This document shows positions 1 to 10,762 of a stretch of 64,000 bases of DNA, piece after piece. Source of the DNA: Hyaloraphidium curvatum SAG 235-1 (lineage: Eukaryota; Fungi; Monoblepharomycota); NCBI GenBank assembly GCA_025558095.1, contig JAIVFI010000003.1:248001-312000 (forward strand), written 5' to 3'. The notes beneath the pieces were generated by a model. It was not told the origin of the DNA and ran no database searches. It worked only from the letters and a program-made list of their open reading frames with translations. The translations under genes and the position numbers were made by a program. Each line of letters starts with the position of its first letter. Positions within the stretch are counted from its first letter, which is position 1.

Positions 1-1
1 T

Positions 2-1264
2 CCAAGAGATCATCGCAGGTTGATCAGATCAGCCCTCCATGATAAGAGACGGATCCGTCGGGAAACTTCTTCGACAACATCTGGTTCAGACAGCAGCTCG
101 ACTGAGTCTGACCATGGACAGCAAAACGACACAAAGGTCCCGCGTACTGCAAAGCAAAATTCTGCTCGACCACGCGCTGGCAATAAGCAGGGCAGTGCTT
201 CGAAGAATCTGAGCGCCACGAGCGAGCAGTATTGGCGTGGCATTTTGGGCACTCAATCGGATTTGTCACTCCGTGATCGTCGCTTGCAGGATGATGAGGT
301 GACAGCTCTTGCAAAAGCCTTGGAAACCAACAGTAGACTCCAGAGCTTGAATCTATGCGGGAATCTAATTGGTGATGATGGTGCGCGGGCTTTAGCAAAG
401 GCATTGCGTTCCAACTCTACCTTAAGGAGTCTGCATTTGAAGGACAACCCGTTCGGTATAGATGGAGCCCGCGCATTGGCAGATGCTTTGAAGGATAATG
501 GAGCGCTTTCGGTGCTTAACGGGCCCAAGGCACATCGCCAAATCTTCCTTGATGCAATTGGTGGTCCTAGAGGTATTGACCGTGGTGCTGCTGCTGCTAC
601 TGAAAGTGAAGATTCGGAGCTGGCCTTTGATGATCCGGATAAGGATGCGCCGGAAAGTGAGGACTCGGACATTGCTATGGACGAGCCAGATGAGCTAGAG
701 CAAGGACATGGAGGGTCGCAATCACAACACTCTTCTTCATCCTGGTCTAGTGGGGCTCAGCAGGTGCCTCTTGCTGTTGTTCCATTCAGGGAACACCTTG
801 AGGTAACTGTGAAGGAGATTCATGAGGAGTACAAGACATATAAGCGTAGAGAGCGACGTTATCAGCTTGCCTACCGGAGCAAGACAAAGAGCACTTGGAA
901 TGGCACGATCATTCGGGAGATTGGAGTTCTGACGTTTCCCAAACCAGAGTATGGAACAGTGCCTTTCGACAGAGCAGACTTTCTTGTGGACTTGGGAGCA
1001 TCGGATGCACTGCTTGTGGAGTTCAAAGTGGGCAAGGGGAAACTGAAGCCGAAGGACAAAGACGATTTCATTGGGCAATTGCGGGGATATCTAGATGACG
1101 CAACTAACTTTGGGTGTCTTGAGGCTGGTTTCTCTGGGAACAAGTGGCACGGTTTCGGCCCCGTCTTTCGACCCAGGTTCATTGGAGGCTTCATGGTGCG
1201 TTTTGATAACTCCCAATCGGCCCATGAGCCGGATGTTTATTGGGTTCCCTGGCCGGAGAAATAG
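2..1264 (+). CDS. LRR (RNI-like) protein with acidic linker and C-terminal GxxExxY-like PD-(D/E)xK nuclease domain; 5' end lies outside the window
   Basis: Frame is open from base 2. Repeats LQSLNLCGNLIGDDGARALAKAL and LRSLHLKDNPFGIDGARALADAL. C-terminal RADFLV..LLVEFK..GQLRGYL..GFMVRF. No apparent intron; lower GC than the following genes. Confidence 0.7.
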   Translation, partial: PRDHRRLIRSALHDKRRIRRETSSTTSGSDSSSTESDHGQQNDTKVPRTAKQNSARPRAGNKQGSASKNLSATSEQYWRGILGTQSDLSLRDRRLQDDEVTALAKALETNSRLQSLNLCGNLIGDDGARALAKALRSNSTLRSLHLKDNPFGIDGARALADALKDNGALSVLNGPKAHRQIFLDAIGGPRGIDRGAAAATESEDSELAFDDPDKDAPESEDSDIAMDEPDELEQGHGGSQSQHSSSSWSSGAQQVPLAVVPFREHLEVTVKEIHEEYKTYKRRERRYQLAYRSKTKSTWNGTIIREIGVLTFPKPEYGTVPFDRADFLVDLGASDALLVEFKVGKGKLKPKDKDDFIGQLRGYLDDATNFGCLEAGFSGNKWHGFGPVFRPRFIGGFMVRFDNSQSAHEPDVYWVPWPEK

Positions 1265-1318
1265 AGATCCGCGTGCTTGCCCACCCGTTCACCTGGTAAT
1301 GACGTGTTTGCTTGATCA

Positions 1319-2161
1319 CTAGGGGCTGGCGGGGCCAATCGCCTTCTCGTCCCCATCCTCCTCTTTGCCCTCGTCCTCTTGCTGCTGGAGCGGAGGTGCG
1401 CTCTCCTGCGGTTCGCAGTCCGCAGCACCGTCGCCAGCCTCCCGCTCCACGTCTTCCTCCCCATCCCCGTCCTCTTCCCCGCTTCCCTCCCCGTCCTCCT
1501 CCTCCTGCTCGTTCTCCGCGTCCACGTCCATCTTGATGGCCGCCATCTCCACGAGTCCCTCCAAGACCACACGCACGTCCACCGCCAACTCGTTCTCCTC
1601 CTCCGCCCTGCCCAGCCTCCCCGCGGTCCCAGATGACCCGAACGCGCGCTCCACCTCGCGCAAGTCCGAGATCAGCGCGGTGAACTGCGCCTCGTCCCCC
1701 ACCAGGTCGTCGAAGTACGTCCCCAGCCTGCCTTCAGAAGCCATCTCGACCGACCGCGCCATGCGCGACATGAGGGCGCGCAGGGGGAGCAGGTACGACA
1801 GGTACAGTCGCTCATCGTTCAGCACCGCCGAGACGCGGCGCTGGCGCAGGGAGGAGGCGACGGCGCGGAGGGCGAGCGCGTCGCCGGTGCCGGGCGGCGG
1901 GTCGGGGGCGGTTGCGGCTGCGGAGGGTCCGTTTGCCGGGAGCAGCGGGTTGCCGGGAGCGTCCGCAGGAGAGGGCGACGCGACGAGCGGGGATTTCGCG
2001 GCCGATGCGGAGTTCTGCGGCGGTTCCGTGACCGCGACGGGTGAAGGAGCGGGCGCGCTGGACGGCCCCGCTACGCCTCCGCGGGCCGCACCGCCGGCAG
2101 CAGCAGGTTTTGCGGGCCTCGCAGCGGGTTTCGGCGGGCCGCCGCCGCCGAGCTTGGGCAT
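1319..2161 (-). CDS. hypothetical protein (Pro/Ala-rich N-terminus, helical core, acidic tail)
   Basis: 280-aa ATG-initiated ORF with host-like GC3 bias; no family recognised. Confidence 0.5.
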   Translation of the reverse strand: MPKLGGGGPPKPAARPAKPAAAGGAARGGVAGPSSAPAPSPVAVTEPPQNSASAAKSPLVASPSPADAPGNPLLPANGPSAAATAPDPPPGTGDALALRAVASSLRQRRVSAVLNDERLYLSYLLPLRALMSRMARSVEMASEGRLGTYFDDLVGDEAQFTALISDLREVERAFGSSGTAGRLGRAEEENELAVDVRVVLEGLVEMAAIKMDVDAENEQEEEDGEGSGEEDGDGEEDVEREAGDGAADCEPQESAPPLQQQEDEGKEEDGDEKAIGPASP

Positions 2162-2264
2162 TTCGAGGCCCTCCCCCGATCGCGAGACGTGGAGGACCGC
2201 GGTCCCTCACAAGCAAATAGCCGCAAACTTCATTTGTCCGATTGTCCGACGAGCTTTTCCCGTC

Positions 2265-3441
2265 ATGAGTTCCGCTTCGCAGGCAATCATGCTGCACGAG
2301 CACACCGCGCCGCCGGACTTCAAGCTCTATTGGTCCTTGGTTGCGCGCCGGAAGGAGCACGTCGATGCTGTGAAGCTGATCGACGCGCAGCTGAACTCGC
2401 TGTTTGGGCGACCGATCGACGATTTAGCCCGTGCCGCGCGCGCAGCGACGTACGCCGACAACGCGTTCCGCGCCGGGAAGGTCAGGGAGGGCGCCGGGCT
2501 GGCGACATCGAACGTGCGCGCGGACAGCAACGGGCTCTTCCCACCATCGGACCCCCACGCCGCGCACCCGGTCGGAGCTTCCGAGGCGCAGGATCTCTCG
2601 GGCTTCCCCTTCCCGCGTCCGACGCTCTCGAGTCTGCCGCCGGAAATCATCGAGCGGATTGCGGCCGTGTGCGAACGATCGGACCTAACAGCCCTTGTCA
2701 GGACGTGCAAGGCAGCGGCTCGTTGTTAGGCCCTCCCCGGAACCAATCCCGGACTACATTCGGAGCATTCGGTTCGCGCGGCACATCGTCGAGGAGCTGG
2801 GTGACTACCCGACGGGCGTGCAGCGCGCCAGCATCATCTCCAGGCTAAGGCCCGGCAATCTGGCTAGCTACGAGCTCCGCTGCAACGATTTTGAGGGCCG
2901 CCTTCCTTCCTGTGTTTCCGGCCTCGCGCTGGCGCAGCACCAGCGTAGCCTCCGCAGTGTCGTCCTGTCGAGAAGACTGGTCCGCATCCACGAGCTCGCC
3001 ATGTTTCTGCCACCAAGCGTGCGGCACCTCGAACTCTTCGGCTTCTACGGGGAGGACAATTACCCCGAGCTGCCCAACATCACTTCGCTCCGGTACACCA
3101 TTGGCAACGACCAGGACGAGGCCGCCAACCTCGCCACGGTCTTTCCGAACCTGGAAACCCTGATTTTTGATCGCCCTGATGGATGGAACGAGGTCGACTG
3201 GGAAGAGGAGCCCCACTTCAACCTGCTCCGCTTCCCCGTGGGTCGCAAGCTGAGGAAGATGGTCTGGATCGTGCCCGCCTCCTTCCCGCACCCCTGGCCC
3301 GCGCAGGCGCTGCTTGACCACACCCGCTCGGCGTTTCCGACGTTGCAGGAGGTCGTACTGCGGGGATCGGCGGCGAAGGACAACCTCGAGATCGTAATCC
3401 GCAAGCCTTTCCTCACGTGCACCTACGGGCCGCGGGCCTAG
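2265..3441 (+). CDS. F-box/LRR-like protein, interrupted by a frameshift or stop near 2710-2729 (possible pseudogene)
   Basis: F-box motif LSSLPPEIIERIAAVCERSDLTALVRTCK ends at TAG 2727-2729. The +1 frame continues with LRR-like segments LPNITSLRY, FPNLETLIF and FPTLQEVVL. Confidence 0.6.
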
Positions 3442-3797
3442 CGAGGAGATGCTGAATGGCATGATTGTATTCCTGAGGGGCCATCATACATCAACGCGAA
3501 TCGGCTGACTTTATGTGTCCGAGGTCCGGAGCCAGGATTTGCGATGACTCACGTGACTCTGAGACACCAATTACGCCACTGCGGGGTTTTTCCTGGGCCG
3601 GTTACTCTCGGTGCTGGGGCCTCGCGTACCGCCTCCTGTTCCCCTTTTCCTCCTGAGCCCGTGTCTCAAACTCGGCTGGGAGCCTCTCGGACCAGCCGGA
3701 CACCGCCTGCACTTCCGACCCTTGTCGGGCGGTGCTATCTCTCTCGTCGGCGCTCCCCCACCTTGTCCCGCCGGAAACCCCTCATTCCCCTCCTATA

Positions 3798-4753
3798 ATG
3801 TGCCGCCTTTTCGGTTTCCGCTCCGTGATCCCCAGCCAGGTCCACCGTTCGCTCATGGCGGCAGACAACGCTCTTGCTGTCCAGTCGCAACGGCACCCGG
3901 ACGGTTGGGGAGTGGGGTATTTCATCGACGGCGTCCCGCATCTGGTCAAGTCGTCGGCAAGCGCGCTGGACGATGCGCTGTTCAGGAGGGTGTCGGGCGT
4001 GGTGTCGAGCGAGACGGTCATTGCGCACGTCCGCAAGGCCACCCAGGGGAGCCTTGGCGTGCTCAATTCCCATCCGTTCCAGGTTGGTCGCCTTCTTTTT
4101 TCAGTCTTCCAACTCAGGCTGACCTGCAATCGCAGCACGGACGCTGGGTTCTGGCCCACAACGGCGACGTGCCCAACTTTTCGGCGGTCAGGAGCCGGCT
4201 CGACGACGAAATCGCCCCGCGGCTGCGGCGGTTCATCCTCGGCGAAACGGACAGCGAGCGGATCTTTTTCCTCTTCCTCTCGGAGCTCGCGCGGCACGGG
4301 GACCCGGCGGGCCCGCTGAGCCTGGAAGCCGTGATCCCGGCCCTGCGCGCAACGGTCGCGACCGTCCGGTCGATTGCCGACCCGCCGCTGTCGGGCGAGG
4401 GCAAGCGCAGCCTGCTGACCCTGCTGGTCACCAACGGCACGACCATGGCCGCCCACCAGGGGGGAAAGGAGCTGTTCTTTTCGACGTGGAAGCGGCGTTG
4501 CGGTGATCGTGACGTTTGCCCTTCGCTTGCGGCCTGCTGCGAAGCGCCCGCCTCGGTCGGGGGAAAGATCAACCACCTGTTGATAGCAAGCGAGCCGTTG
4601 CAGGGGGAGAACGTTTGGGAGGAGATGGACGAGGGCGATATTGTCGGGGTTGACTGGAGGATGTCTCTGATGGTGGACAAGGCGGCCGGCGAGAGGAAGG
4701 CAGTTCCAATGCCTGTCAAGACTGCCTGCGCGGGGCAGTCGCTGCAGTGGTGA
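3798..4753 (+). CDS. class II glutamine amidotransferase (Ntn hydrolase, EgtC/YafJ/Dug3-like), one intron at 4083-4135
   Basis: N-terminal MCRLFG (Cys nucleophile), HPDGWGVG, IAHVRKAT, NSHPF, AHNG, GETDSE and IASEPL. A 53-nt GT..CTGAC..CAG intron joins the two frames. Confidence 0.9.
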
Positions 4754-4896
4754 CCCGACCATGGCCGCCTCTATCTCTATGGACAGGGTTTGCTCGCGAT
4801 CCGTTGCTAGATGTGTCTGAAGCGTTTGAGCACATATACCTCGGCATTCGATACTAGGTTCAAGCTGGCCCTTGGGAAGAGCAAAGGGAGAGGACA

Positions 4897-5940
4897 TCAC
4901 CATCGGCTCCTCGACTCTTCCGCGAAGCCCAGAATCCCGTCCACCTCCACCCGCTTCCCGTCCCAGCTTGTCACGTGCCCGGTCCATCTTCCAAACACCT
5001 GGTGCACCTCCATCTTCAGGATGTAGACATCGGTGTTGCTGTGCTTGTCGTAGATTGGATTCAAAGTGATGTCCAGCGACCCATCCGGATGCCTCACACG
5101 CCAAGGCTTAGTCGGATCGTTCCAGTCGTAGTCCCAGATCAGCTCGGTGCCGATCTTCAGCACCTTCCCGTCAACAATGATGCCGTTCTCGGTGAACCCG
5201 GTTCCTTCCGTCCACTTGGCGCCGATCTGGATCCCGACGGTATGCTGCCCGTCTTTCGAACGTCCGGCGCCGGACCCCCAATTCCAATTCGTGTTGTACG
5301 GCCAGCGGCCTCGGCCGACGTCCAGGACGCCCCAGGCTTCGCCCGCCGCGCCGCCGAACTTGCGTTCCGTGTCGCCGACAACCAAAACTCCCGAGCAAGG
5401 CCTCGCGGTGTGCTTCGAGGTGTACTGGTAAAGCGTGTCGCTCCAAGGAATCACCACGTTGACCGATTCGTGTCCCGCGGGCAGTTCGACGCTCGCTTCG
5501 AGCCTTCCCTTCCGCCCGTCCGCTTCCACCCACTCCGCCTTGATGAGGGTGCCCTTTTCGTCGTCTGTAATCTCCACGACGTGGCTTCCGTATTCGTACT
5601 TCAAAGCCTCCGTCGCGGGCTTATCCGGCAGCGCGAGACCCCTCCCAAGAAGGATCAACGGTTCGTAGCCGCCCTTCTGGCCGCTTCCGAACTCATGCCA
5701 CCAGATGCTGGCGAAACCTATGTAGTCAACATTGGCGTACGTCACCGAAATCGTGAAATCTGGGGTCAAAATGGCCCAGTAGTCCCATTTCTTCGTGCGG
5801 CCCCATTTCCCTTTCAAGTTACAATTATGCAGCGGGACGCGGGACCAGCCCTTGGCCTCGGGGTTCAGCTGCAGGCCGTCCGGGAGGCAGAGGTCCACCG
5901 GAGACGTGATTTCGGGTTCTTCCGTCGAAGTCGAGCCCAT
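4897..5940 (-). CDS. DUF2804-family protein (bacterial-type), intronless
   Basis: LNPEAKGWSRVPLHNCNL, RTKKWDYW, LDVGRGRWPY, WNWGSGAG, GTGFTEN, HQVFG and GFAEE..RW match the DUF2804 pattern. Confidence 0.8.
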   Translation of the reverse strand: MGSTSTEEPEITSPVDLCLPDGLQLNPEAKGWSRVPLHNCNLKGKWGRTKKWDYWAILTPDFTISVTYANVDYIGFASIWWHEFGSGQKGGYEPLILLGRGLALPDKPATEALKYEYGSHVVEITDDEKGTLIKAEWVEADGRKGRLEASVELPAGHESVNVVIPWSDTLYQYTSKHTARPCSGVLVVGDTERKFGGAAGEAWGVLDVGRGRWPYNTNWNWGSGAGRSKDGQHTVGIQIGAKWTEGTGFTENGIIVDGKVLKIGTELIWDYDWNDPTKPWRVRHPDGSLDITLNPIYDKHSNTDVYILKMEVHQVFGRWTGHVTSWDGKRVEVDGILGFAEESRSRW

Positions 5941-6311
5941 CCTCGATGCAACCAATCTGGTGGTCGGAAAGTGCTCAGTGTGAGAGCCACGGAAGGTAGC
6001 TAGACGCAAGAGTGAGAGGTGAGAGGTGAGAGGAGAACGCGCGAACGCGAGCCGATCATCGGCCGCACCTGCCGCCACCCCGCCCTGCCAAGCAGTATAG
6101 CCGGCCCACGGCGACGCGTGGCGCTGTCAGGGCTTCAGCACGCTACTCAAAGCGACCTGCTTTTGGTTTCCTCGGGCCGAACGGCGCTCCGGACGCGCAC
6201 CCCGCCGCTGCGGGGTCTCGCGCTCCAAGAAACCACTTTCGCGCGCCCGCGGCCGGGAATAGCGCCATTTTGCCGCTGGCACTTGCCGTCTAGTGGGGAA
6301 AAGTCGGCAAG

Positions 6312-9300
6312 ATGAAGGTTCGAGGCGCGGCCGCACTCGCCGCGGCCTGATTTGACCATCGCCACCTCCAGTTCGGCAAGTTCATCAGCTCGCAGACGTC
6401 GGAATGGTCGGGCCAGTACATGTCGTACAAGGCGCTCAAGAAGATCATCAATTCGCTGGCCGCGCTGCCGGCGCAGTCGTCCAAGGTCACGGTGGTCGCA
6501 CCGCCGCCCGAGGGGGTGCGCGTCGTCGACTCGGAATGGGAGGGCGAGGCCGCGTCCGGCGCCGAGGCCGACACGGCGGCGCTGCAGCGCACACCGCGCG
6601 AATTCGGTGCCCTGAAGACGGCATTCTTCTACCGTCTGGAGCGTGAGCTGGAGAAGGTCAACACCTTCTATCTGCACAAGGAGGCCGAGCTCAAGGTGCG
6701 CCTGCGGACGCTCATGGACAAGAAAAAGATCGTGCTGGGGCGAGGAGGAAAGCCGCTCAATGCCGCTAGTCTGGCCAGCTTGAGGGAGGCGTTCCTGCAG
6801 TACATGCAGGAGCTGACCAAGCTCCAGGTGAGTTTCTGCCCCTCAGCACGACCGAACGGCTCTGATGCCGGGTTGCTTCCGCAGAGGTTCGTCGAAATCA
6901 ATCAGACGGGCTTCCGCAAGATCCTCAAGAAGTGGGACAAGCGTTCCAAGTCGAGCACGAAGGAGCTGTATCTATCTCGCCAAGTCGAGATTCAGGCGTG
7001 CTTCAACAAGGTCGGTACTTGTGGCACCCCTTCCTCGCCTTTCTCACGTTCAGCTCAGGATGTTATGTCGGACCTGACCGATATGGCGGCCACGCACCTC
7101 GCTGAGCTCGACACGCTCATCGAGCAGCTGCCCTCCACCGACGGCTCCTCGGACCCGTATCCGCCCGCGCTTCCCCAGGGCCATTCGGCTTCCCCCGCCG
7201 ACGTGTTTACGGGGATCACCGAGGGTGCGGGCGATTGGGAGTCGGCGATCGCGAGGGCCGCGCTGGGCGGGAGGGTCAAGGAGATGGAGGAGCTCCTCGA
7301 GCAGAGGAAAAAGGAGGACGTCGCGGACAAGGGCGACAAGCAGGAAAACACGCCCGAGCTGACTCCGTCGATGCGGACGAACCTGGAGGCGGAAGGATCT
7401 GCGGGCGGCGCGGCGTCGGCGGCAGTACCGATCCCGCCGGGCGCTCTTGAGCCGAAGAAGAAGCAGCCGATGCCGCCGACTCCCGATACTCCCAACCTGC
7501 TGAGCGACAAGGAGGTCGCGGGGAAGGAGGCCAAGGAGAAGGTGGCACCGCTGTTGATGCTGCCGCCCGAGAAGGACCTCGTCTCGCGGCTCTTCTACCG
7601 CCTCTGCCCCGAAGCGCCCCTTCCCGCTCTTCAGGCGCTCCTCAAGACCGGCGAAGTGAACCCCAACTTTGCCGACGACATCTCGTCGCGCTGCCCCCTA
7701 CACGAACTCGCGATTCACGGCCGCACCTCGGCCATGGAGATGGTCTTTGATCCCAAGATCAACACGTCGGGCACCGTGCCCAAGCCCAACCCGACCGACA
7801 TCTACGGCCGCACGCCCCTTCATTATGCGGCCATGTACGGCCGTAACGAGATCGCCTCGTTCCTGATCCGCAATGGCGCAACCGTCGAGTTTCCCGATCA
7901 CGACGGCGTTTCGCCGCTCATCTACGCAGTCAGGGGCGGTCACTCGCCAACGGTCCAGACCCTGCTCAACGCGGGCGCCAGCGTGGAACCTGCTTCGGCC
8001 GACGCCGCGGTGCCTCTCTGCTTGGCATGCGAGCACGGCCATCTTTCCACCGCGGAAGTGCTCCTCTCCCGCGGCGCTCGTGCCGACGTTGCGACCCCGG
8101 ACGGCCTATACCCTCTTCACCTCGCCGCCCGCGAGGGGCGTACCGACATTGCCCTCGCTCTGCTCAAGCACGGCGCGCCTGTGGACCCGCGGGACGGGTA
8201 CGACGGGTGGACGCCGCTGTTCCACGCCGCGGCGGGCGGACACCGTTCCTGCGCAAAGGTGCTGCTGGACCATGGAGCGGACAAGACGGTTGTCGACGAC
8301 GCGGGATGGAACTGCTGGAGCCATGCGCTGTACAGGGGCCACATTGCGTGTGCCAAGCTCGTGGAGCTGGTGCCCGAGGAGTCGGAGGATGACGAGGACG
8401 GCGGCGAGGAGGAGGCGCTGAGGGAGCCGTCGCCGCCGGCAGACGAAGCCAACGAGCCGGACGAGTTCGCCCTCGACGAGCCAGCGGTGCCCGTCACCAT
8501 CGTTGGGCGCCGGCTGGTGGACACGACCGTCGACGAAGCCCCGATCCAGCCTGCGGTGCCGCAGGAGGAACCCGGTGCGACGGCTCCGCTCGCCCCGAGC
8601 GGCCTGCTCAAGGCAGATTCCGTGGCTGCCGTTGCTGCAGCCGCCGGGGACGATCGCGGGCGCGGGCAGCGCCCGGCTCCAGCACCGCCGGCGAGCGAGG
8701 GCAACAGGCACTCGTCGCCATCGGACACGCTCGATTTGGACGTGATCCCGCACCTGTCCCTCCCGCCGCCGATCGTTCCCTTCCGGATCTACGGTCACAA
8801 TTACCTCGACAAGCGCATCTACTTCCAGATCAAGCTCGGGCACCGGCAATCCACGCGCGGCGTGGATGTCGACCCCGTCATGCGCAAGCAGCCGCTCTCG
8901 CTGTTCGGCTCTCGGCAGCTGTCGAGCCTGAAGCTCATCATCTCCACCAAGCCGGATTCTGGGATCCCGTACAACATCATCCTGCCCCACCCGCCCAAGG
9001 AAGACACGGAGCCGTTCACGTTCCTGGTCGACAAGCCTCCTGCGCTCCAGTTCGACATCTTCCCCACCTTTGGCACCAAGGTCATCGCGCGTGGCGTGTG
9101 CCTGCCCACTGTGCTGGAGCAAATCTTGCGCGAGGGCCGCGGTGACGGCAGCACGGCGCCGGAGCGCTGTGTCGTTCCCCTTGTCGACACGCACCTGCGC
9201 GTGCTCGGGGAGCTGTGCTTCGAAGTGAGCGCAGTGACGCCGTTCAAGCATTCGGGTGTCGAGATCGGAGGCAAGGTCGAGACGTACTGGAAATCCACGC

Positions 9301-10587
9301 GCGTCGTCACCGCCACCGGGCGCAGGCCGTCGGAAGGGAATCAGGACGTGCCCCCTACCCCGGCGGAGGAGAAAGCCAACTTTGGCACGCTCGTGCAGAC
9401 CCTCGGCCGCGGGGAACCCGCGTCGGTGGTGCAGTCATTCGTGACTGCTAGCTCTCTGGCCGAGGAGTATGTCGTTCTCGCCGTGCAGCTCACCCGTGAC
9501 GGCGTGCCCGTCGTGTGTTCGGACTGGACGGTGCCGCTCGCTCCCGGCATCGCGCTGCAGCTCGCGGAGCTTACTGCAGAGCAGTTCTCGGCGCTTCCTC
9601 GCGATACAGCTGTCTCGACTGCGGACGATGAAGGCGAAGAGGAAAAGGCGGCAGCGCGACTGCCCGCCCTGGGCGATCCCAATGCCGCTCTCGGCACGCG
9701 ATCCTCGCCTGACCTTGCCAAGATGGTTTATGCCTCCCGGGCGACGCTGGCGCAGGTCCTCGCCATCCTCCCGCAGTCGGTGGGGGTCAACATCCTCATC
9801 CGGTACCCCACCGACTCGGAAAAGGCGTACCTGGGCTTGACGGACCGGCACGACGTCAACACGGTCGTCGACGCGGTGCTCAAGGTGGTCTACGACTCGG
9901 CGGCGGACAGCCAGAGGAGCATCATCTTTAGCTCCTTCAACCCCGCCGTGTGCACGGCGGGCAACTGGAAGCAGCCCAACTACGCCGGTATGTGATGTTT
10001 GATTTGTGCCTTCGTTTTCTGATCTGATGATTGTTCTTCCAGTCTTCTTCTGCACGCACGCGGGTTACCGGTACATGCCCTCCGAGCGGCCGCCCGGGTC
10101 CAACGTCCCGCAGCCCCTTCCGTACGGCAAGCGCGGCAAGAAGGACAAGGGCAAGAAGGGCAAGAAGAAAAAAGCCAAAGGCAAGAAGAAGGGGAAGGGC
10201 AAGGCCGGCGAGGATCCCGCGGACGCCCCCGGATCGGAGCCCGAGGACGCCGGCGCGGACGAGGAGGAGATCCACGAGGCCGACGACCGGTGCACGTCCA
10301 TCAAGGAGGCCATCCGCTTCGCAAAGAGCGCCAACCTCCTCGGCATCGTGTGCGACGCCAGGCCGCTGGTGCAGGTGCCCTCCCTCATCGGGACCATCAA
10401 GGAGGGCGGGCTGCTGCTCGCCACATTCGGGGAGGCGAACGCCGATCCGGAGAACGTCAGGCTGCAGGAATCGTGTGGGGTGGACGCCATCATGGTGGAC
10501 AACGTGGTGGGTGTCTCGATGGCGCGATTATGCCGCGATCTCTGCTGATTGACCTCTGCTCAGTTCAAGTACAACGTCACTTCTTGA
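6312..10587 (+). CDS. PHO81: SPX-ankyrin-GDPD-like CDK inhibitor Pho81/Nuc-2
   Basis: Spliced start MK|FGK (intron 6318-6371). SPX motifs YKALKKII, LERELEKVN and NQTGFRKILKKWDKR; ankyrin repeats; IPHLSLPPPIVPFRIYGHNYLD; degenerate GDPD (TASSLAEEY..VQLTRDGVPVV, IIFSSFNP). Stop at 10585-10587. Confidence 0.9.
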
Positions 10588-10762
10588 TTCGTGGAATTGC
10601 GCAGCGCCACCGATAGATCGAAAAAGGGCATTTTGTCCAGCGCATTTGGCATAGATTGCATTGCTTGATTGAACTTGAGACCTCCGTTGTCGCCGTTGCG
10701 GGGCCAGCGTCACAGACGACCCGGGCCTCACCCCGCTCCTCCAACTGGTAGTGCCATCGAAA

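Noticed and set aside
3798-5940. Bacterial contamination to explain the two bacterial-type genes
   Set aside because: One of them has a spliceosomal intron and both are contiguous with intron-rich eukaryotic genes.
6312-10587. GDE1 assignment for the SPX-ANK-GDPD gene
   Set aside because: The GDPD catalytic HRG and E-x-D motifs are missing and the Pho81/Nuc-2 LPPP..YGHN motif is present.
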